A stretch of DNA of 63,979 nucleotides, counting the filler, from Dimorphilus gyrociliatus (lineage: Eukaryota; Animalia; Annelida): NCBI GenBank assembly GCA_904063045.1. It is 4 parts of 4 records of this genome, joined end to end, with 100 filler letters (N's around TTAATTAATTAA, not from the genome) between each part and the next. Parts side by side here need not be neighbours in the genome. Positions count along the whole stretch, not along the records: positions 19,009 to 50,972 come from CAJFCJ010000130.1; 3 more parts are not named here. One strand, 5' to 3'. Within the stretch, counting starts at the first letter, position 1. Every line of letters starts with the position of its first letter. Made by a program: the position numbers and the translations under genes. Shown in pieces: positions 35,701 through 49,455 of the stretch. The notes under the pieces were generated by a model. It saw only the letters and a list, made by a program, of their open reading frames with translations. It did not search any database and was not told the DNA's origin.

Positions 35701-38439
35701 TCCAAATAAGCTTCAAATTTTGTATCAGTAGGAACTTTACCAGGGAATAAAGGTACTACATATTTGATACCTTTTCCAAAAACTGTAACATTATTTCCCC
35801 AAATATCTGGATTACCAAAGCTTTTATTTATGAAGTATAATAATCTATTTATTTAAGAATTCATAGCATGTTTATATTTCACTTACTTGCAGATAAAATT
35901 TTGGGCTTTATTGTCAAATTCATTCAGAGATTTTAAGCTATACAAAATAACTTCTTTGAATTAGTAATAACAATGATTAATATGTAGAAACTAATATCTT
36001 TTACCAAAAATTATCAAAAACTGGTTTTTCTTTTATAAAATCCAGTTTTAGTAATTATACCTCGAAAAAAGGGGTTAGTTAAAAATGAGTCACCATCTAT
36101 TTAATTAAATATTTTACATTAAATCTACCTTAGGACACTGTTTTACAATTTGTATACATGAATTATTATAATATTTTATGAAAATATAGTAATAATACTT
36201 TTAAACCTTTTCAATACTTGGTATGAAGATGAGCTCCTTTCAGATTGCAATCTGATAATTTTGTATGATTTCTTGAGCATAAAATTTCCATAAAAATATC
36301 TCTAACTCTTTTATCATGATGATAATTATTAACTATTTCTCCACTTTTAACACCAAATTCCTTACAAAACAACTGAGAAAAAGAATATTTTTTAGTAAAA
36401 CAAGTCTTTGGAGGTTTGGTCATTTTTCATCAAAAAATTGGCTATATAGTTGAATATTACTGAGTTCCACAAATCTAATTCCAACTCTCACTCTTTTCAC
36501 TTTAAAGTGATAACCAAGTTTAGATGAACCATGACAAAATCTCCTATAATAGGTAAAACACATTTATTTCTTTTCAGTTACATTGGCTGTTAATTTTCCA
36601 AAATTTTTATTTAAAACCAAAAACCATTCTCCTCTATTAAAAACTTCTAGAACACCAGAAACAATTTTACTGTTTATTGTATTATTATTTTTGGCATAAA
36701 ATCTCATTATTATTGTTTTGTTTTAGAATATTGAAATAAAAGAAAGATAATGGTAATAATTTATATAAATTTTTCATATACATAGGCTTATAGCAAATTA
36801 TTGTACATTTCATCCAATTTTCTTTTTTCCTAATTTCAATTTGTTTTAAATTTGTTAAAAATGCAATATATTCTTTATTGTATGTAAATGAATTATGCCC
36901 AAAATATTCAGTTGATGTTAAAGTATAAACATTTAAACATATATAGTCAAAATTCTCCAAATCTTTGGTACAGACTTGATAAGATTCATTCTGAACTCTT
37001 GTAAAAATATAATATATCCATTTTCTGTGTTGAATGTTGTAGAAATCTAAAATTTTTTAATTTTGTTGTTTTGTTTTAAGGAAACAAACATCAATAAAGA
37101 AAATACAAGGAAAATATAAGCCTATGCAAAGCAGATTTATTGTCTTATATAGCTAAGTTTTTGCTATAATTATCTTTTATCATATTTACATGTTCTATTC
37201 TTTGCCATACAAGAAACAGCCATTAAAAGATCCCTTCTTACAGAATTGATAAGGGTACATTTCTTTTTACAGCGGAATGAAAGATCGCATTTAAATTTCC
37301 CCTTCATTGATGCTGTGGAGAATAGAAAGTGTTGGGCTTTTAACCTTTTTTTTTATAATTTATAAACTAGTTAAAAACATGGAGAAGAATGATTCATAAC
37401 CCATTAGATTACACAATTCTCTGCTATGCATATTTATTTTTGGATGAGATACAATTTCATTGTCAAAACAAAGATTGTAATGAGAAACTTGAATAAATCC
37501 AAAACAGTATTCATGTGAACATTTATGATTTTCTGGATGAAATGAAATGCTGGTATTACTTGAAAAGTTGAAAATGATTCTGTTATCCTTTGTACCAGTT
37601 GTTCTTGTGTCTCTTTTCACTATTTTATATTTCCCTAACTTCCCAACGGTTTCCATTATTTCAAATTTTTTGAATATTATTGAAATACAACAGATATATG
37701 AATAATAAAACATTTTAAAAAAAATACATTCTTTTTACTTTTATCTCTCTTTTTTGTTTAGAAAATAAAAGCAATTAAATTGATTCAAGCAAAATCAAGC
37801 ATTTCTGGATAACAAAAGAAAAGTATAAAATGTCAATCATTATTACATAAGGTAATCCTTAATTATTTATGTTATTATCTCTTACAATTGGCAAAAAAAA
37901 CACACAAGCAATTCTAGAAAGTTCTAGACTATCAATCTAAATGAAAGTCTAAAACAACCTTAAAGGTAAAACTAAATAGAAGATATTTTTTCTTTACCAT
38001 ATACACAACTTACAGTTTCCATAGCATAACTCATTGCTTACTTTTCTTTGTCATTCATAGAAAGATATTAAAATTTATTACTTTTACAATATAATGTTGA
38101 ATTATTCTTTTTTTACATGTATCAGTCATAAAGTCTTTTAAAAAACTCATTAACTATGGAAAAGATTTCATATATTAATTTTCTACCTGTAGATAAGTAA
38201 ATGCATATACATATATCTTGTTAATCTCTTAAATGAATTACAGATACAAACAACATGATTTTGTACTGTCAAATGATAATTGTTAGCATGCAATTATTTA
38301 GAGTTTTTGGACTTTTTGAAAGTGAAATTGACGAGTGTAATATTGCAATCAGTCAGAGGATTCGAGTTGGAGGGAAATATTCATATGTTGAGAGATATTG
38401 TTTAGTCCAGAAATAGAAAGCATTCAATTGTTATCAAGC

Positions 38440-39313
38440 TGGTTATGGATGCTATAGATCAAAAAATCATATTCAAGGATTTAACTACAAACACGGCTAC
38501 ATTGAAGGAAAAGATGATGATATGCCATTTATACACAATGTAACTGATGCTAAGGTCTGCGCAGTGGAATGTCTAAGGTTTTGCCGCTTGCAAATCATTT
38601 GTTATGGTTAAGGAAACAGTCAATGGAACTCATTGTTTTCTCAAAAATAATGGATTTATTACACCTGATGCCAATTCTAGTACCACTGCGGTAGTTTATG
38701 ACCGACTTGCTTACAAGACACTAACCTGCCAACCTGCGCTTTGTAAAGAGGCTGGTTATGCATCGGGATTTAGAACATATTTAGGTTGTACAGCTAGATG
38801 TACAGGAGCTTGTGACAGTTTTGTCATATTTACAACTTACTGTGTGAGATATAAAGCCTGTACACCAAAAAATTTGCTTTTGAATGATAGGTTTATGTGT
38901 TCAAAATCACTCCCTGACATCCTACTTAATTCAAATGTTGGAAAAAGCAGTTTAAAAGTGATGACTGATTTAAATATGTTGACTTGCTATCAGCCAAATT
39001 ACATTCCTTTATAATTAGATATCCGTATCCAGGTGTTGATAAAAACCTCAGTGCAATTCTAGTAGCAGTTAAGGGAAAGGATTTATCGTGTTTAAGCGAC
39101 AATACTGATATGAACTTGATTGTTTTTATTCCACCAACAGATGAATATTTCATAAAATACTCTGGATTGTATAAGAGTTGCAGTATTTTAAATGCAAACA
39201 AGACTGTTTGTAATTACAGTTGCTCGTGTATGAATAGATATTGTGAAGGTATTTATATAAAAACATTTTCAGAAGTAAATAATCCAACAATATGTGAAAT
39301 TTCTTTTATATAA
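38440..39313 (+). pseudogene. PAN/apple-domain protein with Cys-rich C-terminal domain, frameshifted
   Basis: CYQAGYGCY..GF, CAVECLRFCRCKSF..CFLK (PAN); C-terminal VKGKDLSC..CNYSCSC..YC..IY..ICEI; frame change near 38980. Confidence 0.6.
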
Positions 39314-39441
39314 ATAAAATAAATCTAGATAAATAAAGATCCTTCAAATACAGATGCTTTTTAGAAAAGATAAACATAAAATAGACAATTCTCCGATTGC
39401 AAAGTGATATAATGAATGTTAGAGGCCAACTTAAGAATATA

Positions 39442-40429
39442 TTAGGTTCACCCTGAAAGTTTTACCCATTTCCCTGTAATTTTAAAACGGTACATTGTAG
39501 GCCTATGTTATCATTATTAATAGAAAGTGAATTCATTAATGCACTATCACTAAAAAACTTTCACAAATTGTGATCCCTGAATGAAAAGTTATTGAGACTT
39601 CAGTGGTGGCACAGTATGGATGATTGTATAAAGCAGAGAGTAATTATTCAATTTCTTGCATCACAGCAAGTTACTGCAATCAATATTCACAAGCAATTGA
39701 AAGCTTTTTTTTGGTAAAACAACACTTGATGAAAGTTCAGTAAGAAGGTGGGTTAGAGAATTTAAAGGAGGAAGAACAAATATACTTGATGATGATAGGA
39801 AGGGACGCCCAAGAACAGCCAATAACGATGAAAATAAGGAGAGAGTTATTGCTATAATCAAAGATAATAGGAGAATAAGCCAGGCTGAGATATCTCAAAC
39901 ATTGAACATAGGTCATGCTGCTGTTGAAGATTTGATTTCCAGTCTTGGGATGAGAAAGATTGTCTCAAGATGGATTCCCTACTGACTTGATTGGTATCAG
40001 AAAGACAAAAGGGTAGAGATGTCTACAGAACTCCTAGAAAAATATGATGAAGAAGGAGAGGATTTTTTGTCAAAAATTGTCACAGGAGATGAAACATGGA
40101 TATTCTATCATGAACCATTGACTAAATGGGCTTCTTTAGAGTATCATACAAAGTTTTCTCCACCACCAAAAAAGGTTAAAACAGGCAAGTCTGCAGACAA
40201 ATGGATGGCATGTGTGTTTTGGGACAGGGAAGAGCTTATTCACCTAGAATTTTTAAATTCGCAAGTCAGAATAAATTCAGAGCTTTACATCAGCATTTTA
40301 AAGAGATTAAAGCAAAGAATCAATAGAATCAGGCCAGGTAAAGAGGTGATTTTATTACAAGATAATGCCAGATCTCATACAAGCTTACAAACTACTCAAT
40401 ATCTTAGAACAACTGGATGGGTACTATAA
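39442..40429 (+). mobile_element. Mariner transposon, 3'-truncated
   Basis: TA then TTAGGTTCACCCTGAAAGTT (left-TIR-like); SVRRWVREFKGG..GRP, SRWIP, IVTGDETW, LLQDNARSH. Ends before the third catalytic Asp; no right TIR found. Confidence 0.9.
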
Positions 40430-43016
40430 TACAAGATAATGACATTACGCAATAAGCCATTTGTCTTATGTAATTGATAAGGAAGAGAGAATGGATGCTC
40501 AGGATTCAGGTGTCAATTAAAACAAAACTCCTACAAGCCAAAAAGAAATCAAAAACATTTTATGTTAGAAAATACATTTGGAATTTTTAAATTTTTTATA
40601 ATCTTATACTGAAATGTACGTTAAATTGAAATCACGTGATGCGTACATTATCAATAAAATTAAAATTGATAGTATCATATCATTATTTTTTATTGATTGT
40701 TTGATTAATTGGTTACTGTTTGGCATTTTCTTTAAATAAGAAACTTGACGCTATATCAGAAAGACAATGAGACTGTTTCTCATGAATGTTTGCTTTTGCC
40801 ATATTTAAAATATGTATTTCATCTATTTTACTCTATTTATACAATTTTTTATAACAGTTGAACGTTCAAAACCAGTTTAGGTCAATAATGAAGATTATCT
40901 TCTTTCTGGTAAACTATCAGTTTTCTCTAAAAGACTACCACTAGTTCGAATCACATACGGCGATTTAAATGATGCTCATAAATGGGCTAAACCTATAAAG
41001 TGCATAAATAAAATAGATAAAAAGATAAGAGTATTATCAAAGAGTAACTGCAATCCAAATGTAAATGTTCTTATTGACAAAGATAGAGAAACTTGCATTG
41101 AAATTGCCTACAAATCATATATACTTATTCAATTTCCTTACTTCGGAATATTAATATAATATCATCTTTTAACAATACTTTATCAGTAACAATATATTCA
41201 AAACTATTCAGTCAACATAGAAAACTTATATTATGTAAGAAAGGGAATTATTTAAATTTTTATTGCCAACAGAGATATTTATTTTACAATAATCTCTTGA
41301 ATAGCTCGGTAAAACTTTGCGAAATTGAAACATATTTATTACACAACTGATAAGAGAGAAAAGTTTTATGCTGTCTTTATTGATATAGCTATTGCTATCT
41401 GTCTAGGGGAAATAAATACATACAATTCGTTTACTCTTTGAAGATATCTTTGTTAAAACTTATACCTAACAATTGGCCTATAGCTTGTTCTACAAATTAA
41501 ATTGATTATGATGAAAATTATAGGCCTAATTCTCCATTGTGTTTAAATTGTAACACTATTATATATAATATCGATTGTTGAAATTAATCAATAGTAATTT
41601 TTAACAATAGTCAAATAACTGTCAAGTGTTCAAAAGTAACTTGTGCTGAATGGTGAATTTTAAACAAATACCAGTTTAGATTCTTTCATCTTGAATATTG
41701 AAAATGACATGCCCCGCCATTATGACGCTGGATCGTTGTTCAATGAAAATTTGATCTCTAAACTTACCGCAACCATAAAATTCAAGAGCTACAGCTGGAA
41801 AATGTCCAGACCATGGTATTATTCTAATGATATCAGTATCAATTCTTTAATTCAAATCAATATGTATAGTTTTATTCCAAGTGTTGTAAGTGTTTCCATG
41901 AAACATCTAACAGGAAAATCCTCAATCTCTAATAATTGTTCAATTCTATAATCAATTTGAAAAACAAACTCTATCGGCATTTTCAAGTGTTTTATACATC
42001 ATCATTGTTGATGAGAAAACTTGATTATGGGCCAACTTGAAAGTTTCTGCATAATAGGGGGTATGTTTAGTGTTGATTAAAATATCAGGCCAATTATCAT
42101 TTAGACAGAGATTTATGGCTTAGATTAAACAGTTGTTTTGTAATCTCCATATTTGCTATAAAGTACTTATAGGAATATCTTTTAAATCCCAAAGTATATA
42201 TATTGTTGAATAAGCTTGGAAAATGCTCTTCTTTACATATATTTACCAAATCTTTATTAGGATGAAATGTAGGAATTTTGTATTTTACAGGAAACGAATA
42301 TTCTTTCAAACATGAAGAACCATTACATCATATTATTTAACATGTAACACTTTAAAGTTAAGACATGTGTACCAATAAATGTATATCGCAGTATACAGTT
42401 ACGATAATAAGTAATTATTACAAGGATAAAAGGTTTTATAATGTGTCTATTTGGTATTATATACTTGTCAGTTGCCTTTTCATCCTATTAAATCTCTATC
42501 TGAAGTTTTGGTTCCAAAACTATAATATTTATTTAATTTGCTTACTCTTTAGAGCTGGTTTTTAGTAGGTCCTATATTTCAGCTCTTCCAGTTCCTCTGA
42601 AACTATTTTTTGTTCCTTTGTTTGAATAAAATATATCATTCATTTCACTCTGTTTGGGAATGTTTTCTGTCATCCTCATTCAATGTAACTTAGATGTGCT
42701 GTACATGGAAAGCTATCATGCTAGACTTTAGAGACTATGTATATAGGGCTTTCATTGGTGTGAGTAAAGCAATTAACAAATGTCAATAGATTTTACTTAA
42801 TGACCTCGTAGTGTAAACTAATCTAAGCCAGATGGTTTTACTAAAATAATATGATAAAAAATATATTAAAATTCAAATTGATTTTTATTTACTAAAGATA
42901 TGTTCATCAGTACCATTCTTGTAAATTTTCCAATTTTCAATATATCAATCTTTTCATTATATTCACTTTTTAAATCAAATCTTTCATAGAGTATGAAGAA
43001 TTGAAAAGTTTGAGCC

Positions 43017-43343
43017 TTAAATTAAAACTACGTTTAAATGGAGATGATTTTTATAAAATTTTATTTTTTTTACATCTTCATAAATACAATCTTTAAAATA
43101 TTCTATAGAATATTCTTTAGATAAATTTCTACAAAAATCTTCCTTAAGCTCATCAAATTTTTCAATCAGATGACTGTCATAAAACAATTTTTTATGGAGT
43201 TTACCATCAAACAAATCAGAAATAGAATATTTATTAAAAATATCAGTTTTATTGATTAATTGAAAAATTAAATTATTAAATCTCTTTGTTGAGTATGTGT
43301 CTCTATAAAATAGTATAAGAGTAGTAAAAATGTTAAAATACAT
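43017..43343 (-). pseudogene. Possible Asteroid/XPG-like protein C-terminal fragment
   Basis: FNNLIFQLIN..ISDLFDGKLHKKLF loosely resembles the Asteroid C-terminal LN.LL..LF.G motif; weak. Confidence 0.3.
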
Positions 43344-44335
43344 AGGTTTTGCTTAAGTGATTAATTAGTTTATACTTTCTTTTTGTATTTTATAGTGATT
43401 TTGTTGGTTTGTTTTGCATTTTGAAGTAGTGTTTTATTACTTTTGCAATGTTTCATATTATGTTTTAATGCATAAAGAGAAGTGTGGAGATGGCAAATTA
43501 ATGGATATTCTATTTACTAAATTATCGTCTTGCAAATCCATTAACTTCCTCAACCTGTTTCTACTCATGACTTTACTATATTCGTGTTTTTTTTACACTC
43601 CTATACTCAGTGGAATTAAAGCATTGGATTATCTACTTAATGAAATGTTGGGTTGCAAAAATTTGTGTCATCAGCTAGAACTGATGATTAGGATGCACAA
43701 AATAATAAAAAATAGATTAAACATCAAATTTTTCAAATATATTAAAACATCTTTAAAAAATTGATTTTTATTTCAATGGGTTTCAATTTAGTATCAACGA
43801 CAATAATGTAAAGCTAATTTCTAACTTTGGAAGACATTTCTAATCTTGAGCATAAACTCATATAATTCATTGACAAAGTCAATAATCCAAAAACTTTCAG
43901 ATGGGTTATATATTCCCTATTATATTGAGCGATAATATGTGAGAAAAGTTCAAATAAGCTGGCTTTAGCACTACAAATGTATTGATGTTTTCTACAGGCT
44001 GAAAATGGCTTTTAGAAGAATGTTTTGAAATTCTTACAACACAAGAGGATAAAAATAGTTCCATCAAATGTATTATATGCTAAAATTCAACAGTATTATA
44101 GATTTTGCATTTTGGTGTATATTTCCTTTATTGATTGTAAATAGAATCATAAGATTTTCCCCATTGGCCTAAGTAGTATTGATTACGAAACTGCTTTTGC
44201 GGTATTACGTGTGTGCAAACATTATTTTATCACTACAATAAAGACAACTGAACAAGCGTACAGCAAAGTTAATTTTGCAGCACCAGTTCTGGAATTAACA
44301 TTGAAACAATAAACGATTGTTAATTTCTATTCCAA

Positions 44336-45304
44336 ATGGAAGAAGACAATTTGAAGAATACAACACTTTTTCATGATGATAAAGAAGATTTTGGATTTTT
44401 CAAATCATTCTTTATTTACATGGGAATTATTATTGCAGTTGGTGTGCCTACAAATTTTCTTATATTATTCTTTTACAATTTCAAAAAGACATTTTCACCT
44501 AGCGATATTTTTATAAAAAGTATGGCAGGTATTGATATTATAACCTGCGGAATTTGTACACCTTATAGTATTATATTGGAAATTGGGGTGATAAACAACG
44601 GTATCATTTGTAGAATAACAAAATTTATATATCATTACATTCTAGTCTTTTCGTCCTTCACATTCATATTTGTTGCTATTGAAAGATGGTTCTGTATTTG
44701 TAGACCTCTTATAAAGCTTACAAAGAAACACACCAAACTGATGTTTCTAACTATTAATTCATTTGCCCTTACAGCAGCAATATTCAATAGTCTTATTCAC
44801 AATGTGATTACAGACAAAAGATTTGATGGCCGTGTCTTGAAGACATGTTTCCCAGTAGATGGATTAATATTCAAAATTCATACCTACGTTCTTAATTTCT
44901 TATTTATATCGGCTATATTTACTCTGTATTTCGTCTACGGTCTTATCTATAAAGTTATCATAAAAAGAAGTTTGAAATTCAGAAACAATAATGTTGACAA
45001 TAATGGAAAAGTGTTAAAAGATCGTAGAATTTTCCTTAAGAATGTTAGAACTGTAACTATGCTTTTTGGTGTAACAACCATATATTTTATTAGTTGGTTT
45101 CCATATTCATTTACAACTGCTGGCATTTTGCCAAAAAACATATTTTTATATTATTGCTACCTTATTAATAATATTTCAAATTTCTTTGTTTATATTCTAT
45201 TTCAAAAACCATTTAGACAAAATTTAAAAAGCTTTTTTTTACGTAAATGTCAATCCTCTGTTGGTATCCAATCAATGAATAGCAATCATACATCAAATGG
45301 TTAG
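44336..45304 (+). CDS. Intronless rhodopsin-like (class A) GPCR, peptide-receptor-like orphan
   Basis: Seven hydrophobic segments; GVPTN (TM1), DIITC (TM2), AIERWFCICRP (DRY-like), ISWFP (TM6), NNISNFFVY (TM7), F.K.FR helix 8. Confidence 0.9.
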   Translation: MEEDNLKNTTLFHDDKEDFGFFKSFFIYMGIIIAVGVPTNFLILFFYNFKKTFSPSDIFIKSMAGIDIITCGICTPYSIILEIGVINNGIICRITKFIYHYILVFSSFTFIFVAIERWFCICRPLIKLTKKHTKLMFLTINSFALTAAIFNSLIHNVITDKRFDGRVLKTCFPVDGLIFKIHTYVLNFLFISAIFTLYFVYGLIYKVIIKRSLKFRNNNVDNNGKVLKDRRIFLKNVRTVTMLFGVTTIYFISWFPYSFTTAGILPKNIFLYYCYLINNISNFFVYILFQKPFRQNLKSFFLRKCQSSVGIQSMNSNHTSNG

Positions 45305-46585
45305 ATAACTTAATTAAAAAAATTGTTTGTTTGTTATTATTTTTCGTTGGTTACAAATGAAAGATGTAAGTTTCCTTTTTTTATAATAAACATTGATTGC
45401 GTCACGTGACTTTCACTACTTTCTTTCAAGCTTTTAGCTTTTAGTTTTTAGAAATTTATCTTCTCATTAGACACTAAACAAAGATTTTGATTCAGTGTCT
45501 GTACTAAGATTCAGCTCTGATTAAACCATTTTACACTGAATTTAGGTTAGGGTTTTTGGTTGAAAGTCTTAGACAGAGCAATTTTATTAATAAAAAATCT
45601 CTCTCTTATATTATCACTCTTATATTATCACTTGTTATTTGTCTATATACAGTACAGATATCCTTTTTTGCAACTATGCTCTATTTTCTATTATAATTAA
45701 GATAAAATTAAGATTTTTTTCTTGAACATTAACTTTACTATCCAATAAAATGACATGGCTATTGTTAGTCTGTAATCAACATTTCAATTAGTTAAATCTT
45801 TGTATTTCACTCTTTTGATAACAAAATATTTTATATTATGAAAAAAGCAAGAAAAACGCTTAAGAAAAAGGTTAGGGATACACAAGGAATGGCTTAGGGT
45901 TAGGGTAAAACATTGTTTGCATTTGGGGCCGTCAGAGTTAGGGTTGAAACAGCAACTCCATCTGTCGGAATATTTTTTAAAGCAACATCTTGTAAGCAAA
46001 CTTCAATGGAAAATGTTGATCTTTCTTATTAATGAAAGATCTACAAGATGTCAAATTGTATCTTAAGAACAATATGTTCACAGCAGATTTGATCAAATAT
46101 GCCAGATAAATCTCTATCACTGTCTGCTCTTTCTGCAACTCTGTTTATAGTAGCTGAAAACCAAGTTTTTTTTGTTATTGTTTGTCTTAGCTTGCGTAGC
46201 CTCATGAATAATTATAAATGATAGTAATTTGGAGATTTCAATCTTTGTCTTCTTCATCTTCGCACAATGCACTAAAAAAGAGAAATTATCTAGAGAGAGA
46301 ATATTGGAAAAAATTCAATCTTGAATAAAATATACTAAGAGTGTCTGAAATTTCTCTTTTTCTCTTTCTAATTAAGAGTTTATTAGCATTTAAGAAGCTT
46401 CCATAACACTATATTTTATTATAGAGCAGCGATATCATTGAGTGATAATTGGTGATCGACTGAGATCTCTGATGCAGTTGAACGAACCATTCAAAACCCA
46501 TATATTTTCTTTTAAATCAATTTGTTTCGGTTCAAAGGCCATTAAAAATGGCTATCAAAAAAAATTTTAATTTAGATTAACATTT

Positions 46586-47685
46586 TTGAAATATGGAAAA
46601 GCTTTTATAGGAAAAGATTGTTTAACAAATCAACTGGTTATATCAAATGAAATGACTAATAATTGTAAGAAATACAAGAATAAAAATTATTTCTACAAAA
46701 TTCAAAAATTCAACAATATCTCACTTACATATATAAATAACGAATCAATGGAAAAAAAGAAAAAAGAAGACATTACTCAACAAATCAACTCTATAATGAT
46801 ACAATAAATAATGATTTATATATTGCATTTGTAACTGATGGATCGTCTACAAAGAGCGGTTTTTCACTGCAGTTAAATTTAAACGCTACGCCATCAAAAG
46901 TTGTCAATGATGAACAAAATTCTATTTTATCAATTACAATGAAAAATTCAATAAAAAAACTATTGAAATTGCCATGCAAAGATAATAAAATATTAATTAA
47001 ATCTAATGGTTTATATAATAATTTTGAAAATTCAAATGTTTCTTTCATCTATCCAAATAAATGTCGAATGGTAAATTTTTTTTACAACAAAGTTTATTAC
47101 AATTAATAATTCATTCCTTTTACAAAAAAATAGAGAATGTTTGTAAAATTTATTGATTTTCAATTGGAGAAAAGTTTTAATTGTCAAATGGATTATTTTC
47201 AAATTGAACAATTAGATATTAAAGGAAAATTTTGCGGAGGAGATGATAAATCATCAATTTCATCAATTTTCAATGCATTTGGTAAAAAACAAAATTTGAA
47301 ATTAAACGTTTTCGAATTTCATTTTGAATTTTTTTTTACCAGGTTGGCGTAAAGCTCATTCTCCTTTTTCTAAAAAGATCATCAAATTACTTTTACAGAA
47401 TTCCTTATAAACAAAATGTTCAAATGATATTTAAAACTAATGGACAAATACAAAAGAAAGGGTTTAATATTGAATTTAAAACAAAACCAATTAAGCCTAC
47501 TGTTGAATTAACTAAGGAGAGAAATAATTTAAATTCAACTTTAATGATAGAATTGAAAGATTTCAAAAATTATTTATATCGATTAGAATGTAGAAATGAA
47601 AAAATTACTATTAAATAATCTAATCCATATGATAAAACAGAATACAGAACTTTTCGTTTAATTAAACCTACAAAAAACTGGTAAT
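46586..47685 (+). CDS. Multi-exon CUB-domain protein (partial or disrupted)
   Basis: NDLYIAFVTDGSSTKSGF, FIDFQLEKSFNCQMDYFQI..GKFCG and FKTNG..QKKGFNIEF are CUB motifs; short GT-AG introns. Confidence 0.6.
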
Positions 47686-49058
47686 AAATTTTTATCTTTT
47701 AAAACTTTTTATTTTTTTCTTTCTTTTTCATTTAGAATATGACAATAAAATTTTTAAATTTTCAAATGGAATATGAAGAGAAATGTCTAAAAGACAACTT
47801 ATCATTTTATCAATATCCAATTATCGCTAACTATGTGGAGATTCATTTATAGTTAATTCATATGGTAAGGAAGAAATATTCCTCTTTTTCTTTTTTTTTC
47901 TATATTCATTTCGTTATCAGGTTCGAATATGTCAGAGAATTTTTTGAAAAGGAAAAACTACTCATTAAATCAACTTTATCATCATCCAATTAATGAAAAT
48001 TTCAAAATTACATTTAACACTGATGGATTATATGAAAAGGAAGAATTTACTATAGAAATCAATACAAAATTTGTATAGTTTATCTATTTTTGTCATTTAA
48101 GGATTAAAAAGTAATTTTTTATAAAAAAATGGATTGGTGAATTGCCAATTCAGCTACTTCTTTTCTCTTCATTATATCCAATTAATTATGATTAATTAAT
48201 TTATTGACAATTCTCCCCAATGAAAATATATCTTTTTCAACATTTTCATTTGTTTTCATTTTTAAATTTTTCATATTGAAAAAGTAATCTTTTGTTAAAT
48301 TCTACAAAACGAAAAAAAACAAAAATGTAAAAATCAAAATACAAAAATAAACAAACAAAACTTCATAGAAAATATTTTCCAATAGAATATTTCCATTCAT
48401 TGAAAATTCATTTATATGAATAAAATTGAAAGCTTTAAAAATATGTTTTGAAATTTTTAGACACTCAACTCTTGTGAAAATGTTTTGTTTTGAACAATTC
48501 AATTTTTGATAGACAAGGGATTTTTCTATAAAACAAATGTGATTGTCTCTATCTCTTTTCAGAAATTTCAAAACTGGTAAAATGATGGAATAATTTATTA
48601 ATTTTTCAATTAATAATATGATCTGTTATCATACATTTTTCATAAACTTCTGTACGAGCTTTGTTTAATAGATGGACGCTAAAATAAACTGGTAATATAG
48701 TTATATATAAAAATTAATATGTATAGTGTAAGTCTGTAAAAATTGATAGGCCAATTTTTAAAACACCAAAAATGTTTTCATTGTTTTAAGTTTGTTTTTT
48801 TTTGTTGAAATTTACGTGAAAAAAGAGCTATATTTAAGAATACTGAAAAAAATTAGAGAAAATGGTCATATTTGCGAATATTATTAGGAAAAAATTTTAC
48901 GATGATGCACAATTTGAGTCTGAGGATGAACTTTGGAAAAATGTTCTTACTAACTTGTCAATAAAAATCCTGACTTGTTGTCTTTTTTGATAATGAAAAA
49001 GATTTTTAATGTATGGCCTATCAAAATTCACAGTGTCTGGGTTTTTATGACCATGACT

Positions 49059-49268
49059 TTATATATATTTGTATGGTTTGTATCGTTTTTCAATTTGTCT
49101 CTTCTTCCAAAGTTTAAATGCTGTAATTAATTCTCCAAGTGAAAATATGATTGGATTTGATATAGAATTTAATGGTAGAATTACTGAGACAATTAGACCA
49201 TAAACATCATTTTTAATAACAATATCATTTGTTAAAGACAAGATACCTGGAGAGATAAATAGATACAC
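49059..49268 (-). pseudogene. GRL101/LGR-like GPCR TM6-TM7 fragment
   Basis: VSVILPLNSISNPIIFS is the LGR-type TM7 signature; upstream coding sequence is cut off near the Tc1 insertion. Confidence 0.55.
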
Positions 49269-49455
49269 AGATAGATAGATAGATAGTATTTTTTTAAAAA
49301 CCTAATATTGATAATGGAGACCAAACAATTACATTTGTAATTACAATAATAAAAATATTCAATGTAAGTTTTTCAGTTGTTTTCTTTAATTTAACATTTG
49401 ATGATGTAATCAATTTGAATGATGAATTTTTAATAAAACAGAATAATTCAATATA

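Noticed and set aside
41640-42330. Possible piggyBac-like fragment (LGIKLYILI on the minus strand)
   Set aside because: Too degenerate; no catalytic motifs or TTAA-flanked ends.
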